Assembly: GCA_963697335.1 (NCBI GenBank)
Contig: CAVONQ010000007.1
Span: 1-64,000 of the forward strand
Source of the DNA: an uncultured cyanobacterium
GTDB taxonomy: Bacteria; Cyanobacteriota; Cyanobacteriia; PCC-6307; Cyanobiaceae
Direction: 5' to 3'
DNA length: 64,000 bases
Shown: piece by piece, positions 31,172 to 41,156 of the stretch
Layout: every line of letters starts with the position of its first letter
Numbering within the stretch: position 1 is the first letter of the stretch
Notes under the pieces: model-generated
Seen by the model: only the letters and a program-made list of their open reading frames with translations
What the model was told of the DNA's origin: nothing
Database searches by the model: none
Position numbers and translations under genes: made by a program

Positions 31172-33213
31172 GCCCATCGAGCAGCACCGCTCCGCCCCAG
31201 TTTTCCTGGCGCCAGGCCCTGGCGCGCTGGTGGGCCGAGTTCAGCCTTCAGACCAAGCTGCTGGCCGTGGCCACCCTGGTGGTGAGCCTGCTGATGACCG
31301 GCATCACCTTTCTGGCGCTCAACGGCATCCAGCGGGACGCCCGCATGAGCGATACCCGTTATGCCCGCGACCTGGGCTTGCTGCTCTCCGCCAACGTGAC
31401 ACCGCTGGTGGCGGAGGGCAACGATCGGGAGCTGGCCCTCGTGGCCGAGCGCTTCTGGCAGACCAGCCGAAGCCTGCGCTACATCTTCTTCGCGGATCCT
31501 GACGGCATCATTTATCTGGGCATCCCGATCGGTGGCAACTCGGGGGGCAGTGAGCTGCTGCTGAGTCGACGCCTGGAATTGCCCCCCGACATCCAGAGAC
31601 GGCCCGACAACCCCCTGGTCCGCCAGCACCTCACCCCCGACGGGCAGGTCACGGACGTGTTCGTACCGATGGTGAATGAGGGCCGCTTCCTCGGGGTGAT
31701 GGCCATGGGCATCAACCCCAACGAAACCCTGCTGGCCAGCGCCGCCCTCACCCGGGAGGTGACAGTGGCCGTGTTCATCTCGATCTGGGTGCTGGTGATC
31801 CTGGGGGCGGTGTTCAATGCCCTCACCATCACCCAGCCAGTGAAGGAGCTGTTGCGGGGCGTTCGCAAGGTGGCGGTGGGCGACTTCGAAACCCGCATCG
31901 CCCTGCCGATGGGCGGTGAACTGGGGGAACTGCTGGAGGGCTTCAATGCCATGACCTCCCAGCTGGAGGTCTACAAGGCAGCCAACATCGAGGAGCTCAC
32001 CGCCGCCCAGGTGAAGCAGGAATCCCTGATCGCCACCATGGCCGACGGCGCCGTGCTGCTCGATGCCGCAGGCGGCATCGTGCTGGCCAACCCCACGGCC
32101 CGGCGCCTGTTCCGCTGGGAGGGACGCAACCTGGAGGGTCAGGAGCTGATCGGCGAGTTGCCGGAGCGCCTGGCCCTGGAGCTGCATACCGCCCTCGACA
32201 ACATGATCATCGGCCAGCAGGACGCCGCCGACGTGCGCTGCAGTGTCGGCGATCCCGCCCGCACCCTGCGCATCGTGCTGCAGCCGGTGCGGGATGCCAG
32301 CGGCGAATCGCTCAAGGGCATCGCCATGACCATCCAGGACCTCACCCGGGAGGTGGAGCTCAACGCCGCCCAGAGCCGCTTCATCAGCAATGTGTCCCAC
32401 GAGTTGCGCACGCCGCTGTTCAACATCAAGAGCTATGTGGAAACCCTCTACGACCTGGGCGACCAGCTCTCAGACCAGGAGAAGCACGAATTCCTCGGCA
32501 TCGCCAACGCCGAAACCGACCGGCTCACCAGGCTGGTCAACGACGTGCTTGATCTCTCGCGCCTGGAGTCGGAGCGATCCTGGAGCTTCGAGGCGCTGGA
32601 TGTGGCCGAGGCGATCGAGCAGATCCTGCGCACCTACCGGCTGAATGCCGAAGAACGGGGCGTGAAGCTGCTGTTCGAGGCCGAAACGCTGCTGCCCAGG
32701 GTGCTCGGCAACTGGGACCTGCTGCTGCAGGTGTTCGGCAACCTGGTGGGCAATGCTCTCAAGTTCACCCCGCCCGGTGGACAGATCGCGCTGAGGGCCT
32801 ATCCCTGGCCGGATCTCTGCCTGCTCCACGACGACCAAGAACCCAGGGAAGACAACCCCCGCTGCGAGCTCACCTCACCGCTGCCACGCCTGCGCATCGA
32901 AATCGGGGACAGCGGCTGCGGCATTTCGGAAGCCGACCAGGCGCGCATCTTCGAGCGTTTCTTCCGGGTCGAGAATGCCGTGCACATTGAGGCAGGCACG
33001 GGCCTGGGCCTCTCCATCGTGCGCGGCATCCTCGACAAGCACGGCACCCAGGTGAAGATGGCCAGCGAGCCTGGGATCGGCAGCGTGTTCTGGTTTGATC
33101 TGTCTCTTGAGGATTCCGACCAGGACGAGCTGCAGCTCAGCGCCGAGCGCAGGGCCCAGAGCCTGGAGATCGCTCCGCTCCCGGCCATGGCTGCGCAGCC
33201 AGTCAGCCTCTAG
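31168..33213 (+). CDS. nblS: Sensor histidine kinase NblS/Hik33 (TM-HAMP-PAS-HisKA-HATPase)
   Basis: WWAEFSLQTKLLAVAT, DTRYARDLGLLL, SNVSHELRTPL, NALKFT, GTGLGL. Confidence 0.93.
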   Translation: MSPSSSTAPPQFSWRQALARWWAEFSLQTKLLAVATLVVSLLMTGITFLALNGIQRDARMSDTRYARDLGLLLSANVTPLVAEGNDRELALVAERFWQTSRSLRYIFFADPDGIIYLGIPIGGNSGGSELLLSRRLELPPDIQRRPDNPLVRQHLTPDGQVTDVFVPMVNEGRFLGVMAMGINPNETLLASAALTREVTVAVFISIWVLVILGAVFNALTITQPVKELLRGVRKVAVGDFETRIALPMGGELGELLEGFNAMTSQLEVYKAANIEELTAAQVKQESLIATMADGAVLLDAAGGIVLANPTARRLFRWEGRNLEGQELIGELPERLALELHTALDNMIIGQQDAADVRCSVGDPARTLRIVLQPVRDASGESLKGIAMTIQDLTREVELNAAQSRFISNVSHELRTPLFNIKSYVETLYDLGDQLSDQEKHEFLGIANAETDRLTRLVNDVLDLSRLESERSWSFEALDVAEAIEQILRTYRLNAEERGVKLLFEAETLLPRVLGNWDLLLQVFGNLVGNALKFTPPGGQIALRAYPWPDLCLLHDDQEPREDNPRCELTSPLPRLRIEIGDSGCGISEADQARIFERFFRVENAVHIEAGTGLGLSIVRGILDKHGTQVKMASEPGIGSVFWFDLSLEDSDQDELQLSAERRAQSLEIAPLPAMAAQPVSL

Positions 33214-33233
33214 GCCAGGCTCAGCGCTGGTGC

Positions 33234-34772
33234 TCAGCGCTCATCAGCCACGCCGCGCACAATCCGGGAGAGCTCACTGCGCTCATCGGTGGTCACCCGG
33301 TGGGGCACACCACTGATGATGCGCTCGAAGTTGGAGAAGGAGTCTTTGATCTCGGGGCCGTTGTCGGTGATCACAAATTCGCGGATTCCCTTGTCATGCC
33401 AGGAGCCACGCATCTTGAACACATTGAGAGCGCGGGCCATCTCACCGCGGATCTCCACATACTGGAGCAGGAGGATCGTATCAGTGATCGTGGAGATATG
33501 GGAGTCAGTGATGGAATGACTACCCATGAACTCTTCTGATGTGTTCGTGAAGAAACCTGCGATTTCCTCCTGCTTGGCATAGCCCGTCACCCCGATCACA
33601 AATTGGCGGAACGCATTGTGGCTGACGCCACGGGCCAGGGCACTGAGCGAGTCAATCGCCATTCGCGACGGTTTGAACTGAGAGATTTCAGTCTTGATGA
33701 TCTGCAGATGGTCCTCCAGGCCGGTGGATTCCGGATAGGCACAAATGATCTTGAGCAGGCCATCTTGCTCCATCTGCTCAAAGTCAATACCCCAGCTGGT
33801 GCCGTTGCGCAGCAGCTGGGCCCGGGATTCCTCGTAGGCGAACAGGATGGCGCGTTGCTTGCTGCGGCAGGCATCTTCGATGAACTTGGACACCAGCAGC
33901 GTCTTGCCCGTGCCGGTGGCACCCGTGGCCAGGATGATGGAGTCCTTGAAAAAGCCGCCACCGCACATTTTATCGAGCCTGGGAACTCCCGAACTCACCC
34001 GCACATTGGAGGAGCGCTGGGTGAGGCGCATCGCCCCCAGCGGGAACACGCTCATGCCATGGCTGCCCATGGTGAAGGGGAATTCGCCCTTCATGTGAGT
34101 GGTGCCCCGCAGCTTGAGAATCTCCACGGTGCGCCTGCGCCGCTCACCCTCCAGCACGTTGCGCAGAATCACCACATTATCGGACACAAATTCTTCAACG
34201 CCATAGCGGGCGATCGGCCCATACTCATCAATTCGCTCAGTGGTCATGACGGTGGTGACACCGATCTCCTTGAGCCGGGCGATCAGCCTGAAAATCTCCC
34301 GGCGCACCACCGAAACGGCGTCATACTGCTGGAAGACTGCCGTGATCGAATCAATGGCTACCCGCTTGGCCTTGTATTTACGAATCGCGTAGTTAATGCG
34401 CTCGATCAGACCGGAGAGATCAAAGTTGCCCGCCACGTCCTGGCCGTCAGGATCAGGTGAAGCATCCAGAACGAAAAGCTTGTCCTGCTCGATCATCTCT
34501 TGAAGGTCCCAACCGAAGCTGGCCGCATTGCGCAGGATATCCAGGGGCGATTCCTCAAAGGTTACAAAGATGCCAGCTTCTTTGTATTGGCGGATGCCGT
34601 TGTAGAGAAAGTTCAGCGACAGCACGGTCTTGCCCGTTCCCGAGGTGCCGCTGATCAGCGTGGAGCGGCCGATAGGCAGTCCACCATGACAGACGTCATC
34701 AAAGCCCTCGATGCCGGTGGGGAGCTTCTGGACCTGCATCAACTGGGCATCGATTGGACTGGGTTCCTGCAT
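33234..34772 (-). CDS. kaiC: Circadian clock protein KaiC
   Basis: Two Walker A motifs (GTSGTGKT, GATGTGKT), phosphosites DSHISTITD, KMRGS, intact C-terminal tail; ATG 34772 preferred. Confidence 0.98.
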   Translation of the reverse strand: MQEPSPIDAQLMQVQKLPTGIEGFDDVCHGGLPIGRSTLISGTSGTGKTVLSLNFLYNGIRQYKEAGIFVTFEESPLDILRNAASFGWDLQEMIEQDKLFVLDASPDPDGQDVAGNFDLSGLIERINYAIRKYKAKRVAIDSITAVFQQYDAVSVVRREIFRLIARLKEIGVTTVMTTERIDEYGPIARYGVEEFVSDNVVILRNVLEGERRRRTVEILKLRGTTHMKGEFPFTMGSHGMSVFPLGAMRLTQRSSNVRVSSGVPRLDKMCGGGFFKDSIILATGATGTGKTLLVSKFIEDACRSKQRAILFAYEESRAQLLRNGTSWGIDFEQMEQDGLLKIICAYPESTGLEDHLQIIKTEISQFKPSRMAIDSLSALARGVSHNAFRQFVIGVTGYAKQEEIAGFFTNTSEEFMGSHSITDSHISTITDTILLLQYVEIRGEMARALNVFKMRGSWHDKGIREFVITDNGPEIKDSFSNFERIISGVPHRVTTDERSELSRIVRGVADER

Positions 34773-34884
34773 GACCTGGGGAGACGTGAACAAGGGGATG
34801 GGAGCGGATCAATCCGCTGATCAAGCGCGGGGATTCAGACCATCATCTGGAAGCGGTGCTTCCTGGGCAAGATCGACCAGAGCA

Positions 34885-35250
34885 TCATCCTCCCCGGAGA
34901 GGCGCGAGGCAGCCAAGCCCTGGCTGGTGTGCAGATAGCTCATTGATTTCCCCATCCTCGGTGAGTTCGTCGTAGAGCAAGTCAAGGCCGATCAGCACTC
35001 GCTCGCGGTCGCTGAGATCACCGATGATGCGGCGCACCGGCGGCGGCAGGATCTTGGTGAGCGTAGGGGTGGCCAGGATCTTGTCCTCCTCGGCCAACTG
35101 TGGATTCACAAGCACGTCGATCACCTTGAGGGCGTAGACCCCCTTGAACTCGGTTTCAAGAATGTCGCGCAGCGTTTTCAGGGCGCGCATCGAGTTGGGG
35201 GTGTTACCGGCCACATACAACTTCAGAATGTAGGTTTTGCGAGGTGTCAT
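34885..35250 (-). CDS. kaiB: Circadian clock protein KaiB
   Basis: [38 protein letters not shown]. Confidence 0.98.
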   Translation of the reverse strand: MTPRKTYILKLYVAGNTPNSMRALKTLRDILETEFKGVYALKVIDVLVNPQLAEEDKILATPTLTKILPPPVRRIIGDLSDRERVLIGLDLLYDELTEDGEINELSAHQPGLGCLAPLRGG

Positions 35251-35286
35251 GACAAGAATGTCCAGGTGTGCGGATGTAGCTTCGCC

Positions 35287-36207
35287 TCAAGCATCAGAAG
35301 ACAATGGCATCAGCGGCACATCGGGAGGGATCGAGCGTCGGTACATCTCACAGAGATGGGCCATCACATCCAGCAGAGCCAGCCTGTAATCCTGAAGGAA
35401 ATCACTCTTGTGCCCCTCCAGCTGCAGGCGCTTGGAAAACAGATCGATCAGGTCCATGTGAATTTGAACGGTTGTCGTGATCGATAGATCACTGAAAAAG
35501 GCCGTGTTCACAAAGCTTTCCAAGGCCTGGTTGGCCGCAGAAGGGTTGCGGAAGTAATGGACCAGCAGATCCCGGTAGCTGCGCTCCAGCGAGCGCAGCA
35601 GGTCGTCCTGCTCCCCCTTGGGCAGGTTGCGCAGGAAGCGGGAGGGATCGCGCTTGTAGAACACCCCCAGTAGCCCCAGCCGCTCCTTGAGGCGGCCGTC
35701 CAGTCGCCAGGGCCGGGGCGCCTCGCTGGTCCCGACGGCGACTCCAGCCTGCTCGGCAGAGGCCTCGGCGGCCTGGCCCCCGCACAAAGACGGCTCGCTG
35801 CCGGCGGAGCCGGTTCCGGGGTTGTCGTCGGCTGGATTGCCCAGACCCTGTCGCAGAAAGCGCGACACCGCCGCATCCAGGCAGTAGCTCAGCTGCTCCA
35901 GCTGATCGGCCTGCAGCCTCACCTCCGCCCCGTGGAAGCTGACCTCGCCATTGACCTCACCGATCACCACCGCGGGCAGCACCAGGCCCCGCTCGGTGAG
36001 CCCGCTCAGCACCGAGCCATCCACGGCATCGGCCTCGATCAGCAGGGCGTCGAAGTCCTCCCGCAGGCGGTCGAGATCCGCCACAGGGTCGGCCAGCGGG
36101 TCCACGTTGACGAGGGTGTAGCGCCCGCCGGCCAACCAGCGGGATACCCCGGCCTGCACGGTGGGATCACGGACAAGGGAAGCAACGGTGAGGGCCGGCT
36201 TGGGCAT
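35287..36207 (-). CDS. kaiA: Circadian clock protein KaiA (full length)
   Basis: Pseudo-receiver N-domain, RLKERLG.LGVFYKRDP, DYRLALLDVMAHLCEMYRRSIP. Confidence 0.96.
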   Translation of the reverse strand: MPKPALTVASLVRDPTVQAGVSRWLAGGRYTLVNVDPLADPVADLDRLREDFDALLIEADAVDGSVLSGLTERGLVLPAVVIGEVNGEVSFHGAEVRLQADQLEQLSYCLDAAVSRFLRQGLGNPADDNPGTGSAGSEPSLCGGQAAEASAEQAGVAVGTSEAPRPWRLDGRLKERLGLLGVFYKRDPSRFLRNLPKGEQDDLLRSLERSYRDLLVHYFRNPSAANQALESFVNTAFFSDLSITTTVQIHMDLIDLFSKRLQLEGHKSDFLQDYRLALLDVMAHLCEMYRRSIPPDVPLMPLSSDA

Positions 36208-36365
36208 AGGGGCGGTCCGCAGGCAGGGGAAATCTGGCGGACAGGTGCGTCAATGTTGACGAAAGGCCGCTTGAAATCGGAGGATTTGCCATTGTCTTCC
36301 GATTGTGCGTCAGGCCCAATCGGCCGGCGGTTCCCCGCCAGCCAGCCTGCCCACGCCCCATCCCC

Positions 36366-36725
36366 ATGACCCAAGACCCCGCCTCAGCCCCGGCGCCCTA
36401 CGCCATCGTGGAGGCCTCCGGCCAGCAATTCTGGCTCCAGGCCAACCGCTACTACGACCTCGACCGCCTGCCCGCCGCGGTCGATGAAACCGTCACCCTC
36501 GACAGCGTGCTGCTGGTGAACGACGGCCAGGCCGCGACCCTGGGCCAGCCCTACGTGAGCGGAGCCAGTGTGACCCTCAAGGTGATGGCCCATCGCCGAG
36601 GCCCCAAGCTGATCGTCTACAAGATGCGTCCCAAGAAGAAGACCCGTCGCAAGAACGGCCACCGCCAGGAGCTCACCCGTGTGATGGTGGAAGCCATCAG
36701 CGTGGGTGGCAAGGCCCTGGGCTGA
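36366..36725 (+). CDS. rplU: 50S ribosomal protein L21
   Basis: YAIVEASGQQF, GQPYV, KMRPKKKTRRKNGHRQELTR. Confidence 0.97.
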   Translation: MTQDPASAPAPYAIVEASGQQFWLQANRYYDLDRLPAAVDETVTLDSVLLVNDGQAATLGQPYVSGASVTLKVMAHRRGPKLIVYKMRPKKKTRRKNGHRQELTRVMVEAISVGGKALG

Positions 36726-36823
36726 GGCCCTCTGGCCTGACCAGCCCCAAAGGGCCACAAGCTGCCCAGATCCACACGATTGCTCCCGTCCATCCTCTCT
36801 GCGTTCTTCGCCCCTCCTGATCC

Positions 36824-37090
36824 ATGGCCCACAAGAAAGGCACAGGCTCCACCCGCAACGGCCGCGACTCCAACTCCAAGCGTCTGGGCGTCAAGACCTC
36901 CGGCGGCACCAGCGTGAGCGCCGGGTCCATCCTGATCCGCCAGCGCGGCACCTCCGTACTGCCCGGCCTCAATGTGGGGCGTGGCTCCGACGACACCCTG
37001 TTTGCCCTCAGCGATGGTGTTGTTGGTTTTGACACCATCAAGCGCGGCCTGCGCACCCGCAAGCGCATCAACGTCGCCCTGGCGGTCTGA
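36824..37090 (+). CDS. rpmA: 50S ribosomal protein L27
   Basis: [31 protein letters not shown]. Confidence 0.98.
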   Translation: MAHKKGTGSTRNGRDSNSKRLGVKTSGGTSVSAGSILIRQRGTSVLPGLNVGRGSDDTLFALSDGVVGFDTIKRGLRTRKRINVALAV

Positions 37091-37108
37091 GAACCGCGCC
37101 GAGCCGTC

Positions 37109-37861
37109 TCAGCGCAGCCGGTAGGCCCGAGTGGTGATCAGGTAGGGGTGGAACACCTCCAGGAAGCGCTCCTGGAGGGTGTGGAAGAAACGGTCCACCA
37201 GGGCCGGATCATCCACGTGGAACGGGTATTCGCCGTCGAAGCCCTTGAAGAAATACCAGTTGAGCAGAGCGGTTCCGGAGGGCGCCAGGCGCTGGGCGAA
37301 CTGTTCGAGCTGGCCTGCTGGATCGGGCAGGTGTTCCAGAACGTCGAGGCACACCAGAGTGTCAAATCGACCTGGCAGCCTGGCATCGTCCAGGTCGCGA
37401 TGACAGGAGAGGCGACTCCCCAGCCCCAGGCTGTCTGCCCGCGCCTGCACGCAGGCCCGGTTGTGGGGGTTGAGGTCCACGAACCACACCCTCTCCACCT
37501 GCGGCAGGGCAGCGGCGGCCAGGGCATGGCTGCCGATGCCGCCGCCGAAGTCGAGCACCTGACCCTGGGCAAAGCGCTGCTGGAGCCTGAGGGTGTCGGC
37601 GATGTAGTCGGCGCTACCCAGGTGCCAGGCGGCCAACTCCAGCAGGTGGGCCGTTCCCACGGTGTCTTCATAGAAGCGGCCGGCCTGAGCGAAGTCGAAG
37701 GCGCCGGGGTGCAGGGCGGCCAGCTGCTCGGTGCTGCTGGGCAGCCGCTGCTCCAGCTCGCCCAACTCAAGCTGCAGGTAGTCGGCCAGATGCTGTTTGA
37801 GCGCGAAGCCATCGGCCAGGAAGCGCTCCACTCCCAGCCCCGTGCCCACTGCCGTCGTCAC
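37109..37861 (-). CDS. Class I SAM-dependent methyltransferase
   Basis: VLDFGGGIG motif I, FVDLN, FDTLVCLDVLEHLPDP. Confidence 0.85.
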   Translation of the reverse strand: MTTAVGTGLGVERFLADGFALKQHLADYLQLELGELEQRLPSSTEQLAALHPGAFDFAQAGRFYEDTVGTAHLLELAAWHLGSADYIADTLRLQQRFAQGQVLDFGGGIGSHALAAAALPQVERVWFVDLNPHNRACVQARADSLGLGSRLSCHRDLDDARLPGRFDTLVCLDVLEHLPDPAGQLEQFAQRLAPSGTALLNWYFFKGFDGEYPFHVDDPALVDRFFHTLQERFLEVFHPYLITTRAYRLR

Positions 37862-37903
37862 TGCTGCGCTGGTATCGGTGGCGCCAACTTAGAGGGCGGG
37901 GGC

Positions 37904-38605
37904 TCAGCCGATCTCCGCCCCTTCGCCGGGCACCTCGAGCCAGCGGCGCAGCCAGGCGGTGAGGGCGTAGAAGGGCAGGGTGTCGACCAGGGCGGCCAGG
38001 GCCTTGAACAGATAGCCGCTGGCGATGTAGCTGCCCAGCTGGGGCAGCACGGCCTCGTCGGGACGGATCGGCAACACGTGGCTGGCGTAGTGGCTCACCA
38101 GCACCACCGCCGTGGTGTCCACCAGCTGGCTACCCAGGGTGGAGCCGTTGTTGCGCAGCCACAGGGCACCGCCGCCGCTGAAGCGCTTCCAGAAATGGAA
38201 CAGCCGCACATCGGCGAACTGGGCGGCCAGGTAGGCCAGCATCGAGGCCCCAACGGCCCCGAAGGCCAGGTGCTGCACCTCAAAGAAGGTGGCCTCGGGC
38301 GCCCCCGCCAGGCCCGGCAGCACGCCCCCCAGCCAGAGGATCAGCACCACCCAGCCATTGAGGGCCAGCCCCACCCACACCAGCTGGGTCGCCTTCTGCT
38401 CCCCCCAGAGCTCGCTGACCAGGTCGGTGCAGAGGAAGGTCACCGGGTAGGGCAAGGCGCCCACGGCCACCACAATCGGCCAGGAGCCGATCGACCCCAG
38501 CTGCAGAAAGCGGGTGAGGCCCAGGATGTTCAGCATCGCCATGCTGCCCAGGAAGAGGCCGGCCAGCACCAGGAACGCCAGGTCGCGGCGCTGCTGCAGG
38601 GTCAT
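37904..38605 (-). CDS. yhhQ: Queuosine precursor transporter (YhhQ/VUT family)
   Basis: GALPYPVTFLCTDLVSELWG, ASMLAYLAAQFADV, WLRNNGST..SQLVDT, DTLPFY. Confidence 0.85.
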   Translation of the reverse strand: MTLQQRRDLAFLVLAGLFLGSMAMLNILGLTRFLQLGSIGSWPIVVAVGALPYPVTFLCTDLVSELWGEQKATQLVWVGLALNGWVVLILWLGGVLPGLAGAPEATFFEVQHLAFGAVGASMLAYLAAQFADVRLFHFWKRFSGGGALWLRNNGSTLGSQLVDTTAVVLVSHYASHVLPIRPDEAVLPQLGSYIASGYLFKALAALVDTLPFYALTAWLRRWLEVPGEGAEIG

Positions 38606-38649
38606 CGGGGAGGGTGGCGTGGGACTGTTCCAGGCTGATGGGTGCCGGC

Positions 38650-39537
38650 ATGGCTGACCAGCCCTGTGGATTTCTGGTGTTGGACAAGCCCGCCGGGCTC
38701 ACCTCCCACGACTGCGTGGCCAGGGTGAGGCGGGCCTACGGCCTGCGGCGGGTGGGGCATGGTGGCACCCTCGATCCGGCCGTGACCGGCGTGCTGCCCC
38801 TGGCCCTTGGACCGGCCACGCGGCTGCTGCCCTACCTGGTGGGCGACAAGGACTATGAGGGCACGATCCAGCTGGGGCTCCGCACCGACACGGACGATCT
38901 CAGCGGTGCCGTGCTGGAGCGCCACCCCCTGCCGCCGCTGCCGTACGACGCCCTGGAGCGGGCCGTGGCGTCCTTCCGCGGATCGATCCTGCAGGTGCCG
39001 CCCCAGGTTTCCGCCGTGCACGTGCAGGGCGAACGGGCCTACGCCCGCGCCCGCCGGGGCGAGGCCCTCAGCCTGCCCCCCCGGGCGGTGACCATCGCAC
39101 TGTTAGAGCTGCGCCACTGGGAGCCAACCACGGGCCGCCTGCAGCTGGAGGTGCGCTGCTCGGCGGGCACCTACATCCGCTCCCTGGCACGGGACCTCGG
39201 CGCGGCCCTCGGCTGCGGCGGCGCCCTGGCGCAACTGCGGCGCACCGGGGCCCTGGGCTTCGACCTGGCCCAGGCCGTGCCCCTCGAGGCCCTGCAGCAG
39301 CAGCCGCTGCCACCGCTGTTGAACCCGCTCGCAGCCCTGCGCCACCTGCCCCGCCGGCAGCTGGAGCCGGCCGAGCTGGAGGGCTGGCGCTGCGGCAGGA
39401 GCCTGGAGGGCCAGGCGGGCTGGGCAGCCGGGCAGCCGGTGGCGGTGCTCGGTCCGGATGGCAACCTGGTGGGGATGGCCCTGGCCAGCGCGGCTGATCG
39501 GTTGCAACCGAAGCTGGTCTTCGATGCGCTCGGCTGA
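38650..39537 (+). CDS. truB: tRNA pseudouridine(55) synthase
   Basis: DKPAGLTSHD, GHGGTLDPAVTGVL, CSAGTYIRSLARDLG. Confidence 0.96.
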   Translation: MADQPCGFLVLDKPAGLTSHDCVARVRRAYGLRRVGHGGTLDPAVTGVLPLALGPATRLLPYLVGDKDYEGTIQLGLRTDTDDLSGAVLERHPLPPLPYDALERAVASFRGSILQVPPQVSAVHVQGERAYARARRGEALSLPPRAVTIALLELRHWEPTTGRLQLEVRCSAGTYIRSLARDLGAALGCGGALAQLRRTGALGFDLAQAVPLEALQQQPLPPLLNPLAALRHLPRRQLEPAELEGWRCGRSLEGQAGWAAGQPVAVLGPDGNLVGMALASAADRLQPKLVFDALG

Positions 39538-39576
39538 GCCGGCTCGCTCCCCCCGTTCGTCCACCTCCCAGCTCCG

Positions 39577-40374
39577 ATGGCCGGCCACAGTAAATGGGCC
39601 CAGATCAAGCGCACCAAGGCGGTGGTGGACGCCAAGCGGGGAGCCGTGTTCACGCGGCTGGGCCGGGAGATCAGCGTGGCCGCCCGCGGCGGCGCCGACC
39701 CGAGCGGCAACTTCCAGCTGCGCACCGCGATCGAGAAGGCCAAGGCCGCCGGCGTTCCCAACGCCAACATCGAGCGGGCGATCCTCAAGGGGTCAGGTGG
39801 GCTCAGCGGTGGCGGCGAGCAACTCGCCGAGGTGCGCTACGAGGGGTATGGGCCAGGCGGCGTGGCGGTGCTGATCGAGGCCTACACCGACAACCGCAAC
39901 CGCACGGCCGCCGATGTGCGCCTGGCCTTCAACAAGCACGGCGGCAACCTCGGGGAGACGGGCTGCGTTGGCTACCTGTTCGAGCAGCGGGGCGTGGTGA
40001 GCTTTGGTCAGGGCCTCCCGGCGGCTCGGCCCCAGGAGCCGCTGGACGTGGTCCTGCTGGAGGCACTGGAGGCCATTGAGGCCGCTGGGGGCCCCGAGAC
40101 CCTGGACTACGAGCTCCAGGCCAGGGGAATCGAGCTCCAGTGCCGCTTCAGTGCGCTGGAAGGCCTTCAGGAGGCCCTGCAGGGCGCCGGCTTCACGGTG
40201 GAGGGGTGGGAGCACCGCTGGATTCCCCAGACCAGCTGCCCCCTGCACGAGGCCGAGCAGCTGCGCCGCTGCCTGGGGCTGCTCGATGCCCTGGAGGAGC
40301 TCGATGACGTGCGCAGCGTGACCTCCAACCTCGAGGCCGAGGACTCCCTGCTGGAGGCCCTGATGGCGGAGTGA
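39577..40374 (+). CDS. yebC: YebC/PmpR-family protein
   Basis: [38 protein letters not shown]. Confidence 0.95.
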   Translation: MAGHSKWAQIKRTKAVVDAKRGAVFTRLGREISVAARGGADPSGNFQLRTAIEKAKAAGVPNANIERAILKGSGGLSGGGEQLAEVRYEGYGPGGVAVLIEAYTDNRNRTAADVRLAFNKHGGNLGETGCVGYLFEQRGVVSFGQGLPAARPQEPLDVVLLEALEAIEAAGGPETLDYELQARGIELQCRFSALEGLQEALQGAGFTVEGWEHRWIPQTSCPLHEAEQLRRCLGLLDALEELDDVRSVTSNLEAEDSLLEALMAE

Positions 40375-40393
40375 ATCCTGGCCTGGCGCCGAG

Positions 40394-41155
40394 TCAGCCC
40401 CAGCTGAGGGCGGCCCGGTCGGCCAGCACCGTGACGGCCGGGTGGCCGCGAAGCCAACTCGCCGGCAGCAGGGCGCTGGGGGGCTCCTCCAGCAGCCGTC
40501 GCAGCACGGCCGCCTTGGCACGGCCCGTGACCACCAGCACAATCTCGCGGGCAGCGAGGATCTCGGCCAGCCCCAGGCTGATCGCCCGGGTCGGCACGGC
40601 CCCCAGGTCGCCGCCGAAGGCCGCGGCGTTCTGCTCACGCGTCATCGCGCTGAGGGCCACAAAGCGGCAGGGGGCATCGGCAGGGCAGGGAGGTTCGTTG
40701 AAGCCCACGTGGCCGTTGAGGCCGAGCCCGAGCACCTGCAGGCCGATCCCCCCCGCAGCCGCCACAGACGCCCCATAACGCCCGGCCTCAGCAGCGGGAT
40801 CGACGGCGAGGCCATCCGGCAGCCGCACCTGGCTGGGCTTCAGGCCCAGGGGACCGCCGAGCCGCTCCTGCATGAAAGCCGCAAAGGAGCGGCCATCTCC
40901 CGGGGCCAGCCCCACGTACTCATCCAGGTTGAAGCTGAGCCAGGAACGCCGCACGGAGCGGCGCACCGCTTCGGGGGCCCGGCGCGACTGCGCCACCAGG
41001 GCGGCGTAGAGAGGCTCCATGGTGCGTCCCGTGGCCAGCCCCAGGGGCTGCTGGGGAGTCGCCAGGCGCTGCTGCCAGAGGCGCGCGGCCAAATGGTCCG
41101 CCACGGCTGCGGCGTCCTCAAACCTGATCAGCTCCAGCTCCTCAGAGCAGGTCAA
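40394..41155 (-). CDS. nagB: Glucosamine-6-phosphate deaminase
   Basis: LGLATGRT, FNLDEYVGL, GLGLNGHVGFNEP, PASWLRGH; TTG start at 41155 assumed. Confidence 0.88.
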   Translation of the reverse strand: MTCSEELELIRFEDAAAVADHLAARLWQQRLATPQQPLGLATGRTMEPLYAALVAQSRRAPEAVRRSVRRSWLSFNLDEYVGLAPGDGRSFAAFMQERLGGPLGLKPSQVRLPDGLAVDPAAEAGRYGASVAAAGGIGLQVLGLGLNGHVGFNEPPCPADAPCRFVALSAMTREQNAAAFGGDLGAVPTRAISLGLAEILAAREIVLVVTGRAKAAVLRRLLEEPPSALLPASWLRGHPAVTVLADRAALSWG

Positions 41156-41156
41156 G

